Source of the DNA: Lama guanicoe
Taxonomy: Eukaryota
Assembly: GCA_013239625.1 (NCBI GenBank)
Contig: MU055744.1
Coordinates: forward strand, 1,518,355-1,582,354
Direction of reading: 5' to 3'
Length of the DNA stretch: 64,000 bases
The notes under the pieces: generated by a model
What the model was told of the DNA's origin: nothing
The model's input: only the letters and a program-made list of their open reading frames with translations
Database searches by the model: none
Translations under genes and position numbers: made by a program
Shown here: positions 1 through 11,440 of the stretch, one piece after another
Position numbering within the stretch: the stretch's first letter is position 1
Layout: each line of letters opens with the position of its first letter

Positions 1-2589
1 GGGGCTGACTGGTCCGGATGCACTTGGAAAGCTTGGAAATGGCCTCCGGAAGGATTTGGGTCTGAGAAGGACCCACAGGCTATCCCAGCCTCAGTGGCCC
101 CAGGATGCATGCAGGTGGGGGCTCCAGGGACACTTGCTGCCCTTTCTGGAGTGAGCTGCTGCTCTGCCCTGGGCACTGACGCACAGAAAAGAGGCTGCTT
201 CTTCACCCCTGCCTTTCCAGTGGGGACCCCAAAGCCCCCACCCCAGCCTCTGAGACTTTGAGCCCTCAGACACACATTGCTTACACCAGCACGATTGTCA
301 AACGTGGATAAAGGCACTTGGGGGAAAGGTAGGCAGAGCTGGAGGAGCCAAGAATTATCTGCCCAGACCTGTCCACCTTTCTGGGTGACCTTGGCCAAGT
401 CACTCTCCCTCTCCAGACCTCAGTTTCCCATATGTGACATGATGGGGCAGATCATGTGAGGTCCCCAGTGGGCCATTGCAGCTTGTTCATCTAAGCCCTG
501 AGTGGAGGGGGTAGGCCTGAGAGAAGCCACAGTATTGGGGCAGTTCAGAGGGGTTTTGAAATCTCAGGGTGGACCTGAGCTCAAGCGCCCAGTCCCACCA
601 GTCCCACTCCCCACTCAAGGGAGCACCCCAGTCCAGCACATTTGGGGCTGCTTCTAAGTCGCTGACTCCTGGTGCTGGTCCTGGGTGAGCCCCCTAGTCC
701 AGCCAGCCCGGAGGCTGCCCAGCACCGGGACCCACTCCCGCAGAGAGGCCTCTGGACTCCTGCCATGTGGGCCGGCTCCAGGGAGTGATGGCAGCGGGAT
801 CCGCGAGGAGTAATTACCGCGCTCAGGAGGAGCGAGGGGGCAGGCGGAGCTGCGGGAGAGATTTATCACATCTCAGTAAATTGCACCTGACTCTAGGCTC
901 GCTGGGCGGGAGGCAAGGCAGAGCGGCAGCCGGCCCTGTCCCGTCCTCCGCGCAGCTCCCAGCCCCGCCCCACTCTCCGAAGTCCGAGTCTGTGCATCAG
1001 CAAGAAGGCCATTCGTGCGGCAGAGAGAGCGGGTTCCAGGCTACCCTGGGCAAGTCAGTCAGCCTCCTTATGTGCAAGAACGGGGTGCTCGCACCTTCCC
1101 CACTGGCTGTGGGGGCCAGCTGGGGATCCCGGCCGCCAGCCTGGGCGCCCAGCGTCTGCTCCAGGTCTGCCCCACCGAGGCCACAGTAGCCCAGCTGCTC
1201 AGCTGCTCAGCCAGGCTCTGCTGCTCTTCGCGGCGCTGGCTTTCCTTGCAGTGTCAGTCCTTTTGGGTTTGCTCCAGAGGGAATTTGACAAGCCCAGCAT
1301 CTTCGGCATTTGCCAGCTCCTCTCCGTCCACTGTTGAGCAGAGAGGCTCCTGGGTACGGGGTGCGCTCATTTCTCTTTGCAAAGCTCTTTGTTCCCTTTG
1401 GACTTAGGTCCCCTCCCTGAATAGGCTCAAGCTGGGGAACCTCCCCCAGGCCTTGGCCCAGCCCCCTTGCCGGGGGCTTCCTGAGGATGGAGGCCACTGC
1501 AAGAGGGAACCGGGGCAGGTGGACCAACTTGTCCTAGGTGGGGAGTGGGCTGTGGCAAGAACCTCGAATTCAGACTGAGTCTTGGGTTCCAAGCCTGAAG
1601 TTGCTGTTTCCTGGCTGTGGGAACCTGGGCTTTCGGCTCCTAGGCTGGAAAATGGAGTCTGCGGCCCCTTCTTCCCTGGAAGATTAAGTAAACAATCCTG
1701 GTGCAAGAGCTAGGGCCTTGGAAATGGGGAGTGGGTTGGGGGTCAGATTAGGCAATGCTGTAAGCCCAGCTCGGCAGGCGGGCTCTCTCCCAGGCCCACG
1801 GGAACGGCAGGTGTTGAGAGCCCGGAGGACCGCTGCTGGATCTGGCCTTTAGAGAACGCTCTCCAGCTGCAGGGTGGAGGGTGCCTTGGAGAGGGTGAGG
1901 CTGGAGGGAGGGAGGTTTGGGAGGGGGCCGCTCATCCGGCCAGGGGGGAAATGATGGAGGCCTGGGCCAGAAAGCGGGAAGATACCGGGCTCAGCTTTAC
2001 CAGGTTGTAGAGGTGTGCACAGGCTGGACCAGCCGGGAGACCCAGGTGGAGGCTGGTCAAGGGCCTGAGCAGCGGCCCCAGAACAAGCCAGGCTCCAGAG
2101 CTGCAGCCTCATCTGCTGCCTCCCTTGGCTGCTGAGGACAGGTTGGCAGGGTGGCCGGGTGAATAAGAGCACAGCCCCTGGGGCTGACCAGAGCTATATT
2201 TGTATCCAAGCTGTGTGTCTTTGGTGAAGTTACTGAGTGTCTCTGGGCCTTAGGTTCTTCATTCATAACATGACAGCAATAACTTCTATGTCGTAGGGTG
2301 TTCCAGCTGATGGAGGAGGGGAGTCCACGCACTGCTGAGCCCTAGCAAAAACCTCTTTTCCGGGCCAGGTCTACCCCGGGGCAGCCCCTACCAGTGCTCA
2401 CGTCCTGGCTCAGCCACAGGCTGGCCTCGGGGCTGCCCTGCCAAGCAGGTAAACCCCACACTGGGACCACACTGGCTCCCTGACCGCCACCTGCATCTTG
2501 ATTTTTCCCAGTCAGGTCCACAGTGTCTGCCTGCCACAGCAGTGGCAAAGGTGGCCCCTCGGGGTGCTCCCAGGCTGGGAGCCTGCTGG

Positions 2590-2680
2590 GAATTCAGATT
2601 CTCAGGCCCCCTCCAGCCCTGCTTTCAAAGCTCCCTAGGTAATTCTTGTGCTCAGTGAAGTCTGAGACACACTGCTCCAG
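2590..2680. mobile_element. MER5-like fragment
   Basis: cagattctcaggcccc...aagctccctaggtaattctt...aagtctgagacacactg. Confidence 0.5.
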
Positions 2681-5600
2681 AAAACGTAGCCTGGGCCGGA
2701 ACAGAGAGGGGCCCTGCCTGCCGGGAGCTGTCATCGGGGACCTTGTCTCCTTGATGCGCCCCACGTTCTTAATGAACATGCATTAATTTTGATCTCTGGT
2801 AAAGGGTTTGGTAAAATGAAGTAAATGCATGCTTGCTGTAGAAGAAAGTCAAGCCCTTCCAGCTCTGTTTGTCACAAAGGAAAAGCCCCAGTTTCGGGCT
2901 GTGGCCCCGGTGCTTAGCTGTCAGTCACTTGCCGCAGGCATCACCGGGCGCCACCGAGCGCTCTTCCGCGGCTCTTCCTCCCCGTCCCTTCCTCAGCCAC
3001 CCTGGAGCATCCTTCCACGCCAGCCCCCATTCTCTCACTGATTGGCCTGAGCCCGTGTTAGTAAACAGGTTCATAGGTCATCCGGGTTTTCGTCTGTGTT
3101 GTGTAGTTTTTACAGACTTGTTCAACAGCGTGATCCCCACAGGGAAGGATCTCCTGGCCTGGGGTAGGGGGATACGGGGGGGCACGCACTTGTGAATAGA
3201 ATGAGATCGCAGGGCAGGGGCAGTTTCCAGTGGACGGTAGCCTGGGTGTGAGGCGGCAGGGGTCCCAGATTCGGAAGAAGGTACCCAGTGGGCTGGAGCA
3301 ATCAGGGAGGGCTTCCTGGAGGTGGAAGTTGAGCTAAGCCCTGAAGGATGAGTGAGTTTGGCGCCCGGAGGAGCAGGCGTGGTGGAGAGATGGGGCGTTT
3401 CTGCCCTCGCAGGGATGCGGGAACACCAGTCCATTGACTCTGGCTGATAATTGGTGTCCCACTGGAGATGCCCTGACCCTTCCCAGCTCCCCGCTCCCTG
3501 TGAGGGTGGGAGGGAACCAGCCAGGCCACATCCCGGTGGTCACAGTGGCTTTGAGCACTCAAATCTGTGCTGTGATTGAGTGGTTTCCCCAGGTGTGGCC
3601 CCCGCTCTCACCCTCTGGTCTCCCTGCCAGGCTTAAAAAGGCTCTCGCCCTCGCTCGCTCCCTGGGCAGAGGGGGTTTTGCTACAGACCAAGGAGGGGCC
3701 CACCGCAGAGCCCCCGCCCTGCCCCACGGCCCAGCCGCGCCAGAGGGGGTCGGAGCTCCTGCCAACGCGTCCCCCTAGTGTGAGCTCACATTATTTTGCC
3801 AAGGGAGATAGGAGGCAGGAAAGCCCGGGGCTGCGGTGGGGGCCTCAGGGACCGCGTCTGCATGCAGGGGAGGCAGCCTGGGAAGCGTCCTTCGTCTGTC
3901 TGTAACACCGTCCAGGGCCTCACTGTGCAGTCTGAAATGTCTCGTTTACACCGTTTTCCAAAATTCTTCCACTCGGCTTGGGCAGATGCACCTTTGCTCC
4001 ATCCACTCAGGGACTTTCCTAAGACCAGATAAACATGCTCTTTTTTCCGACTCAGAGGCAAGTACCTGATTCAGACATCCTTTCTCTACGTGGAGAACCT
4101 CCCACCCCGCCAGCCACTGCTCCCAGAGCCCAGCAGAGCCTCTGGCTTAGAGAAGGACCCCCGTTTAGGGCCAGGAACCGCGTGTCTTTCTTGTCGGGGT
4201 CTCCCCTTGACATATTGCAGAACCAGCAACGGCTCTGAGGAGGGCTGATCCCAAGTGCGATGATCCGATTCCGGTTTGAAGGAGGGCAGAGGATAAAGTC
4301 ATACTTCACCCGACGGAGAGCAGCCTCTCTTTCGGCGGTGTGCACGCTTCTGGTGTTTACCTGTGTTTAAGGTTTGTTTGGTTAAAACACTCATGATGCA
4401 GAAGGCTCCTGGCTCCGTACGAACCCATTTACCAAATTAAAAATAGAGTCGACTTTAATTTTACCTTCATGCAACTTCCCACACGAGTGTTCCCTCTAAT
4501 TGCTAAACAGACTTCTATTTCCAAAAAAAAAATTTTTTGTTTCACGACACAGTGTCTTGAATGATCACTTTCGTGGTTGTTTTTACCACCGTTGGGCCGT
4601 GTCTTGTTTTGGGCCGTCTGCCCTTTTCTCCCTGGGCCCATCCGCGTCGGTGCGGTGAGACCTGAGGGGAGGGGAGGGGAGGGCGAGGAGGAGGGCGTCG
4701 TGGGGGGCTGGACGGGGGGGCCGGCAGGGCTGCAGATTCAGCAGGATGCTCAGAGCAGGCACAAGGGTTAGGACCCAGCAGCTCAGCTCAACCCACAGCA
4801 CCGGCTCCCCCCAGCTGGTGGCCGTAGGCGCGTGATGAAACTTCCCCGTGCGCTAGTTTGCCGGTCCACACGAACAGGGATGGCAGTACCTCTCGGTGAG
4901 GACTCATCATCTCCCCGTGAGACCCCACGCACCCTGTAGGAACACGGCGAGTGGCACCCGGTGCTAGATTCTGGGCTCTCTGGGCCTGGTGGGTGGCGGG
5001 GCTGTGAAATGGCACCTGTGCTGGGCCTCGGGTTTCATGTGTTGTTGCGTGCGGCTGGGGTCCGTGCTGAAAACCCGTCCCCACTGAGGATAGGTCCCAG
5101 ACCCCCGCACGGTCCAGGGTGGCCTGCAGGGAACAGACCTTGCCAACGCCCCCAGCCTCGTTACTTTCCTATCTCCCTCACTCTGGAAGACTCGAGACCC
5201 TTCATCCCGGGAGGTCCTCCTGCCGCCTCGCCTCCCTGCCTGTGCAGGTCCTGGCTTTCATGTCAGCCCTGCAGGGAGGCGTCCCTGACCTCGCGCCTCC
5301 TCCCCAAGAGGTCAGACCCTCCCCAGCGGCCTCCCTCTGCGCGCAGCCCTGCGGCCCATCGAGGATGGCACCTGGCAGCCTGGCTCCCCCCGAGCCCAGA
5401 CCGGGCCCGGGGCTGGCAGCCGGGCAGGGACGCTTGTAGATCTCTGTCCGACTGCTGGGTGTTTTTGTGCTGTTCTGAGGGCCAACCTCGTCTGCGGGGT
5501 GGTGGCCTCTGCCCGGCCTTCCTGGACTGACATTCCACCATCCGAGCCACAAACAGCGTCTCTTTTCCCATAAGGGTCTCCCTTCCAAATGTGCCAAACC

Positions 5601-6980
5601 TGTTCAGGGAAGAAGGGGCTCAAAGTGTTCCAGAGACGGGAAGCCAGCCAGCAGGGCAGGGGCGGGGCCAGAGCCAAGGGGCCCCGGCGGCAGCAGGGTC
5701 TGTTCCCTGCCCCGTCCGCAGTCCTCCAGCCCGGGGACGTCACCGTCAGAGGGTGGTTCTGGGGCTGGTGGCCTCACTTGATCGGGCTTCTGCTCTCGGC
5801 GAGGCCTCGGGGATTAATGCTGCATTCTTCATTGACAACCACTGGTTTTGGAAAAAAAAAAATCACTTAATCTGTAAGATGGGCCTTTTCAACAACACGC
5901 CTACGTTCACTTAAAAATGGCTGAGCCCGATTTTTTTAAAAAGGAAAATTGATGAAAACAGATTGCTTCGGGCAGGGTCTTGGCTGCAGCCTGAGCCATG
6001 AGGACGGCCCAGGGTGGCTGAGTTGCCCACAGGAGTTTATAAGGGGGTTGCTGGGTCGGCTGCAGTGGCCGGGGCTGCAGGCGTGGGAGGACGACTGTCG
6101 TGAGCTTACAGCCTCGAGGCCTGCAGGCCCAGCGGCCCCCAGCGCCGTAAACTGTCGGATCGAAGAGGGGAGTGAGTGGATGAGGGGTGAGGACCGGACC
6201 AAGGCTGCCTGCTGCCCGCAGAGGCCTCTGCCCCCAGGAAGATGGGGCACATGCAGGGGGCCCCTCCTCAGGGGTCCTCCTGGCTTGGACTTGGGGTGCC
6301 CCCAGGGAGCAGTGAAAAGCTTGGGATTTGGCCAGGAGTCACAGGAGGTCCCGCCCTCCTCCGTCCCCTGGGGAGAGTTGGAGAGCCGACTGCTCAGCTG
6401 GACCACCTTGGATGAACTGTGATTCCAAGAAGGAAAAAAAATTCCTTTTCTGTTCGTTGGACAGGTGATTAAGCCAGGTAGCATGCGAAGTCCCTTCTGA
6501 ATCTCAGAGAAAAAGATGTGGGGCCTCCGGTTGTAGGCAGCCGTTGCCCCGAGGCCCTGATTTTCTGAGACTCCAGGATAGGTGTGCTTGGATGCTGGGA
6601 GCCCCCAGTTCCACCACCTTGGGTCCACCCCTCCCGCCAGCTCCACGGGTTCCCTGGTTGCCTGCCCACCCTTTCGCCCCGTGTCCCCACCTTCCTCCTT
6701 CCCCTGCCCCACTAGAGACCCTCCCTGAAGCCACAGAGCGGGAGCTGGGCCTGCTTTAAATGGGCTGCACTGATCTCAGACAGGGCGGGGGCCCAGAGCG
6801 GTTCCCCGGTAGGTGCTAGGTCACCTGGGGCATCTGAACTTACAGGGTGTGCCCAGGTGGGCGGAGGTAGCACGCCTCTGCCCCCAGTGCTGGGCCGTCC
6901 AGCCAGTCTCTTTAGAACAACCAGGTGGCTTGGCTCATCTTTGTCCCTGCTCCATCTGCTCTTACTGACTGTTAGCACCG

Positions 6981-7155
6981 CACACACACACACACACACA
7001 CACAGACACACACACAGTCACATATACACAGACACACGTGCATACACACATATGCACACACAGACCCACATATATACACATGTACAGTTACACAGATACA
7101 CACGTGTACACAGTCATACAGACACACAGACAAACACGCACACATACACACACAG
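6981..7155. repeat. (CA)n and degenerate CA-rich microsatellite
   Basis: Seen directly. Confidence 0.95.
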
Positions 7156-8199
7156 AGTTGCACCTGCAGCTCCCGGGCGAGGGTGGCACTGCCTGCACTC
7201 AGCAGGAGGGCTGGCCCTGCCCTCCGTCTGCTCCGGGCCGTCCCCGGCGAGGGCAGGACTCTCCGCAGCGCCCGGTGTGCCGGGCGTCGGCGCGGACACG
7301 AGGCTGCCGTTCCCTGACCGCCGCGGCCTGTGTGGCCCCGGCCCCGGCCCGCGGCTCCCCCCAGGCGAGGACGCAGATGCCCGCCCTCCTTACCCCAGGC
7401 TGCTCCCTGACGCGAGTGCTGGCCGAGCAGGGGGAGGCAGCGGCTTTGTCGCCGCCCCCCCGCCCCCCGGTCCAGCATCTGGGGGCCTGGCTGCGTGAGG
7501 GCCCCAGTGTGCCGGGTGAAGGGAGCCCCGGCTCCTCGCCCCCTGCACGCAGCGTGCAGCTGCAGCGGTGGGAGCTGCCTGCGGCCTTGTGAACAGCTCA
7601 CATTTGCGTAGTCTTTGATTTGTTGTCTTTAAAAGCATGATGCAAATTTCCCTGGTGCTGTCACCCTCCCAGGGGGTCAGCGAGGCGACTGCAGGGCACA
7701 AGGTTGTCGTGCAGAGCATGCCTCAAACTCCCTGCCCCCCATGCTCACTTAGCGGGGCCTGAGGCCAAGCAGTTGGGGTCCTCGTGGGGACAGTCCCTAA
7801 AGGGCCACTGCCCCTCAACCTGGGCCTCCCCAGAACAAACCAGATTCTGCCCAGCCCCCCCCAGCAGAGAACTCCTCACATGGCTTCCCAGCCCGCCGCT
7901 CGGACGGGCGACCAGGGGCCCAAACCGAGTGAGAAAATAACCCCCCAAAGTAGGTCCAAGCGGCGTCCCCGGGCGAGGGGGGGGTGCGGCCCGGCCTCCA
8001 GGACCGCACAGCCGCGGAGAGGAGCCGGCACTGACCATGTCCCTTGTCCCCCCCTAATGGCAGCAGGAGCCTTTGCTGGGCGGCGCGCTCCCGCGTGGCC
8101 GGCTTCCTTCAGTGCTTTCAGGGTGCTGCCTGCCGTCTCCCAGCTGCCGTCGTTTCTGGCCTGGAGTCGGCTTCTCGCTCGTCTTGGTTCCCCACAGGC

Positions 8200-8950
8200 A
8201 CGCGCCCGAGTCCCCAGACTTTCTCTCACGCACACTCTGCCCTTTTTCTCCCCGTGTTCACCCCGGGCAGCTTCCACTGCTGTCCCTGAGTTCACGGGTG
8301 CCTCCTCCTGCCAGGCTGAGTCTGGCGTTAACCCCGTCCCGCATAGTTTGCGTCGTAGACACTGTGGCTTGTTTCATTCTCTAGAAATTTGGTTTCATTC
8401 TTTTTGACCCCTTCTGTGTTGCTGCTTCATGTGTCCAGTTTTCCCCTGGGTCTTGACAGCTACAGTAACTGTTTTAACATCCTGGTCTCCTAACCCTTCA
8501 CCTGTGCCACTGCTGGGTTCGCGCCCACCGATGTTTCTCCTCATCGTGGGTGGGGTTTGACTCTTGGCGTGCCACGCGTGTTTCCGCGGGTGCCGGGCCC
8601 TGGGGACTCTGCCGTGCGGGAGGCAGACCCCGTCCGCACTTGTGAGCTGCGCTCTGGGTCGCGGTTGTTACTTGGAAACAGTCTCTTTCAGTCTTAGCTG
8701 TTTTGCTCTGGGAGGCGAGTCCACGCCCGTGTGAGCGCCCTGCCCAGGGCCCCGGAATGGTGAAGTCTTCCCCTCTGACAGGAGCAGGGACTTTTCCTGA
8801 ACCCACGTGAGCTTCAAATATTGCTCCCTAGGACTTTTTCAAATGGTTCTTCCTCCGACCTCAGGGAGTGGCACTCACTCGTGAGCTTACCCGCGCTCAG
8901 CCGCCCACTCACGGGGACCCTCTGCAGAGATCTCTCTGTGCAGCTCCCTC
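8200..8950 (-). mobile_element. Degraded old L1 (L1M 5'/ORF1-side fragment)
   Basis: T-rich ttcattctctagaaatttggtttcattc...aactgttttaacatcctggtctcctaa resembles antisense L1M. Confidence 0.45.
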
Positions 8951-9639
8951 TCTGCAGGACCCTGCCCTGCGGACTCTGGCCACCCCGTGTCCTTGGACCC
9001 TCAGCTCTCTCTCCCCAGTGCAGGGGGACCAGCAGGCCCCACCTGGGTTCCCTATATGGCAGCCTGGGGACTGTCGTCATGCGGGACGCTGGGACAGTCC
9101 TGGGCCCTCCCCACTCCTGGTCCATTTCGTGAGGGTGGTCCTTCATCCCCTGATGTCAGTGCCCGGACAAGCACTGCTTCACTGACCCTCGTCCCGGGTG
9201 CCTCGGTGCCTCGGGCCCCTGCGCCGTGGCCGGGACCGTCGCGCTGGTGCTGCTCCTCACGATGGGGGTTAGTGATCCGAGTGCTGAGGGGAGGCCCAGC
9301 GTCCCCCTGTTCTGTCAGCGAGCAACCCGAGGAGTGAAGAGACTTCCCAGGGAGATGGAGGGAGTCCGGCGTTGTGCAGGACCCCTCCTGTCCCCACCCT
9401 TCATCCTACCTCCGCAGTCCTGCTATTGCTCCCTGTGTAGATTATAAATTTATTTTTGTTAAAGAAATATTTTACAGCATTAAAAAAAGTCACCCCCACC
9501 CCTCCAGCCCCACTCTCTCCTCTTACCGGACGCCTACAACAGCCTCTGGATGGCCCCTCCCACCCTGCCTCCACGCCCACCTACCCGCCCAGCAACCAAA
9601 AGCAGAACGGACCCAGTTTCTGCCTTCCTGCTGGACTCA

Positions 9640-10620
9640 TGTCTTCACCCATCACTCCACTGAGAGTTACTCCGTGCCTATTATGGGCCACAGACACTGT
9701 TCTGGGCACCAGGGCAGAGCAGGGAGCAGAGCAGGCCAAGCCCCCGTCCTCGTGACTCAAGTTCCAGGGAGAAGAGATGACAGGAAATAAATGCACAATG
9801 TGTGAAGGGATACCACTGAAAGCATGCGCCCAGCCGGGTGAAGGGCATTGGTGGTGGGGGTGGGGCCGTGGTATTTGGGTGGATGGGTCTCTGAGGGTCT
9901 CTGAGGGTCTCTGAGAAGGAGATATTTGAGCAGAGACCTGCATGGAATGAGGGCAGGTGCTACACAGCCATGTGAGAGAAGTGCATCCCAGGCAGCGAGA
10001 ATAGCACGTGCAAAGGCCCTGAGGCAGCAGGGGGCCTGGCGCGTCAGACACAGCGAGGCCAAGGCGGCTAAAACAACCGAACAGGAGACAGAGGCAGGAG
10101 ATGTGGTCCGAGAGGGGCTGGGTGCGTCTGCTGGGGCCTGTGGACACACCAGTGATGGCGTGTTTTATGTTGAGTGACGCAGGACCACCGGGATGTTTCA
10201 GGAGGACTGAGAGCTCTAGCCGTCCGTGTGGGGCATCACTCTGGCTGCCGCGTGGAGAGCAGGTGGCTGGGGGTGGAGCTGGGGGCTCAGTCAGCAACCC
10301 AGGCATGAGGGGAGGGCCCGACGAGGCGGGAGGCACGGAGGCATGGGAAGGGGTCAGGCTCTGGGTGGCGTTTGAGGATTTGCTGACAGATCGGGTGTGG
10401 AGCAAGAACAAGGCAGGGAACCCAGAGGACTGAGGGGTTTGGGGTCTGAGCTGCTGGAAGGGTGGGGCTGCCATTTCCTGGGATGGGAGGGTTGCAGGAG
10501 GGGAACTGGGAGCTGGGTTTCCTGTACGCCAGTGTTAAGATGCCCCCCCCCGGACATTCAGGGGTGAGGCTGCCGGCAGTCATGATGCAGGGCGAGGCCC
10601 AGGCTTGAGCTACCAGTCTG
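9640..10620 (-). mobile_element. L2 LINE 3' fragment
   Basis: gtgcctattatgggccacagacactgttctgggcac...gatatttgagcagagacctg...gcacgtgcaaaggccctgaggc...gatcactctggctgc-like segments typical of antisense L2. Confidence 0.8.
9885..9914. repeat. (GGGTCTCTGA)3
   Basis: Three perfect copies within the L2 fragment. Confidence 0.9.
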
Positions 10621-11279
10621 GAAGCTGTAGGAGGGTGTGTGAAGCTGGGTAGGATCACCTCAGGAGGGGGCTGGTACAGGAACGGCAGTGTAAGGCCTAG
10701 ACCCCAGGGCCCTGGACCTGTAGAGGCTGGGATTTGCAGAGAAGCCCGCAAAGGAGGCCGGGAAGGCAGGACCCTGAAGGAGGAGGAGTTCTGGGTGACA
10801 GTGACATCCGGGCACTGAGGGCCTGCATGCCTCGCTGGCCTGTAGCACCAGCATCCCCCCGGCACGTGGTCAGAGCTGCTTCGCCAGCTCCCCAGGGGGC
10901 TGGATGCAGATCCAGATGCAGGAGGCGTTTCAGGGAGAAGGGGGCCCCGAGCTGCAGCAGGCTGGCACGTGAGGACCAGGCTCCCTGAAGGCTGGGTCAG
11001 GCAGGGACGGAGCCGGCTGCGCGGCCAGGTCTCTGCTGACCTCCCCCTGCGCCCCCTCCTCTTCTGCTCGTGTGCTCCGGCTCCTGAGCCCACCTCACTC
11101 TGTGCCTCCGGGCCTTTGCACGTGCTGTTTCCTCTACAGATGCTTTCTCGTCATTGCTTCTCAACCTTCAGGTCCCAGGGCCTGGGTCACTGTCTCAGTC
11201 CTGGGGGTGGGGTGTTTATTCAGGGCCAGCTGGGAACCACTGCTGGTCCAGACTTGCTTTGGGGGCCCACGCTTTAGGA

Positions 11280-11440
11280 GAGTTCTCCAAGCGTGGTCCC
11301 TAGCCTGGCACCATCAGCAGCCCCTGGGAACTTGTGAAATGGGCCTTCTCAGCCCACCTGGACCTCTGAGCAGAAATGTCCAGGGAAACCCCAGCTGCCA
11401 GAGCCCCCAGGGGAAGCTGCTGCGGCCCAGGTGAGGATCT
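11280..11440. mobile_element. MER5A-like hAT MITE
   Basis: ttctccaagcgtggtccc...catcagcagcccctgggaacttgtgaaatg...ttctcagcccacc. Confidence 0.65.

Noticed and set aside
6857-7601. His/Thr-rich and Cys/Val-rich ORFs (also at 63320-63787)
   Set aside because: Translations of CA/TG microsatellites.
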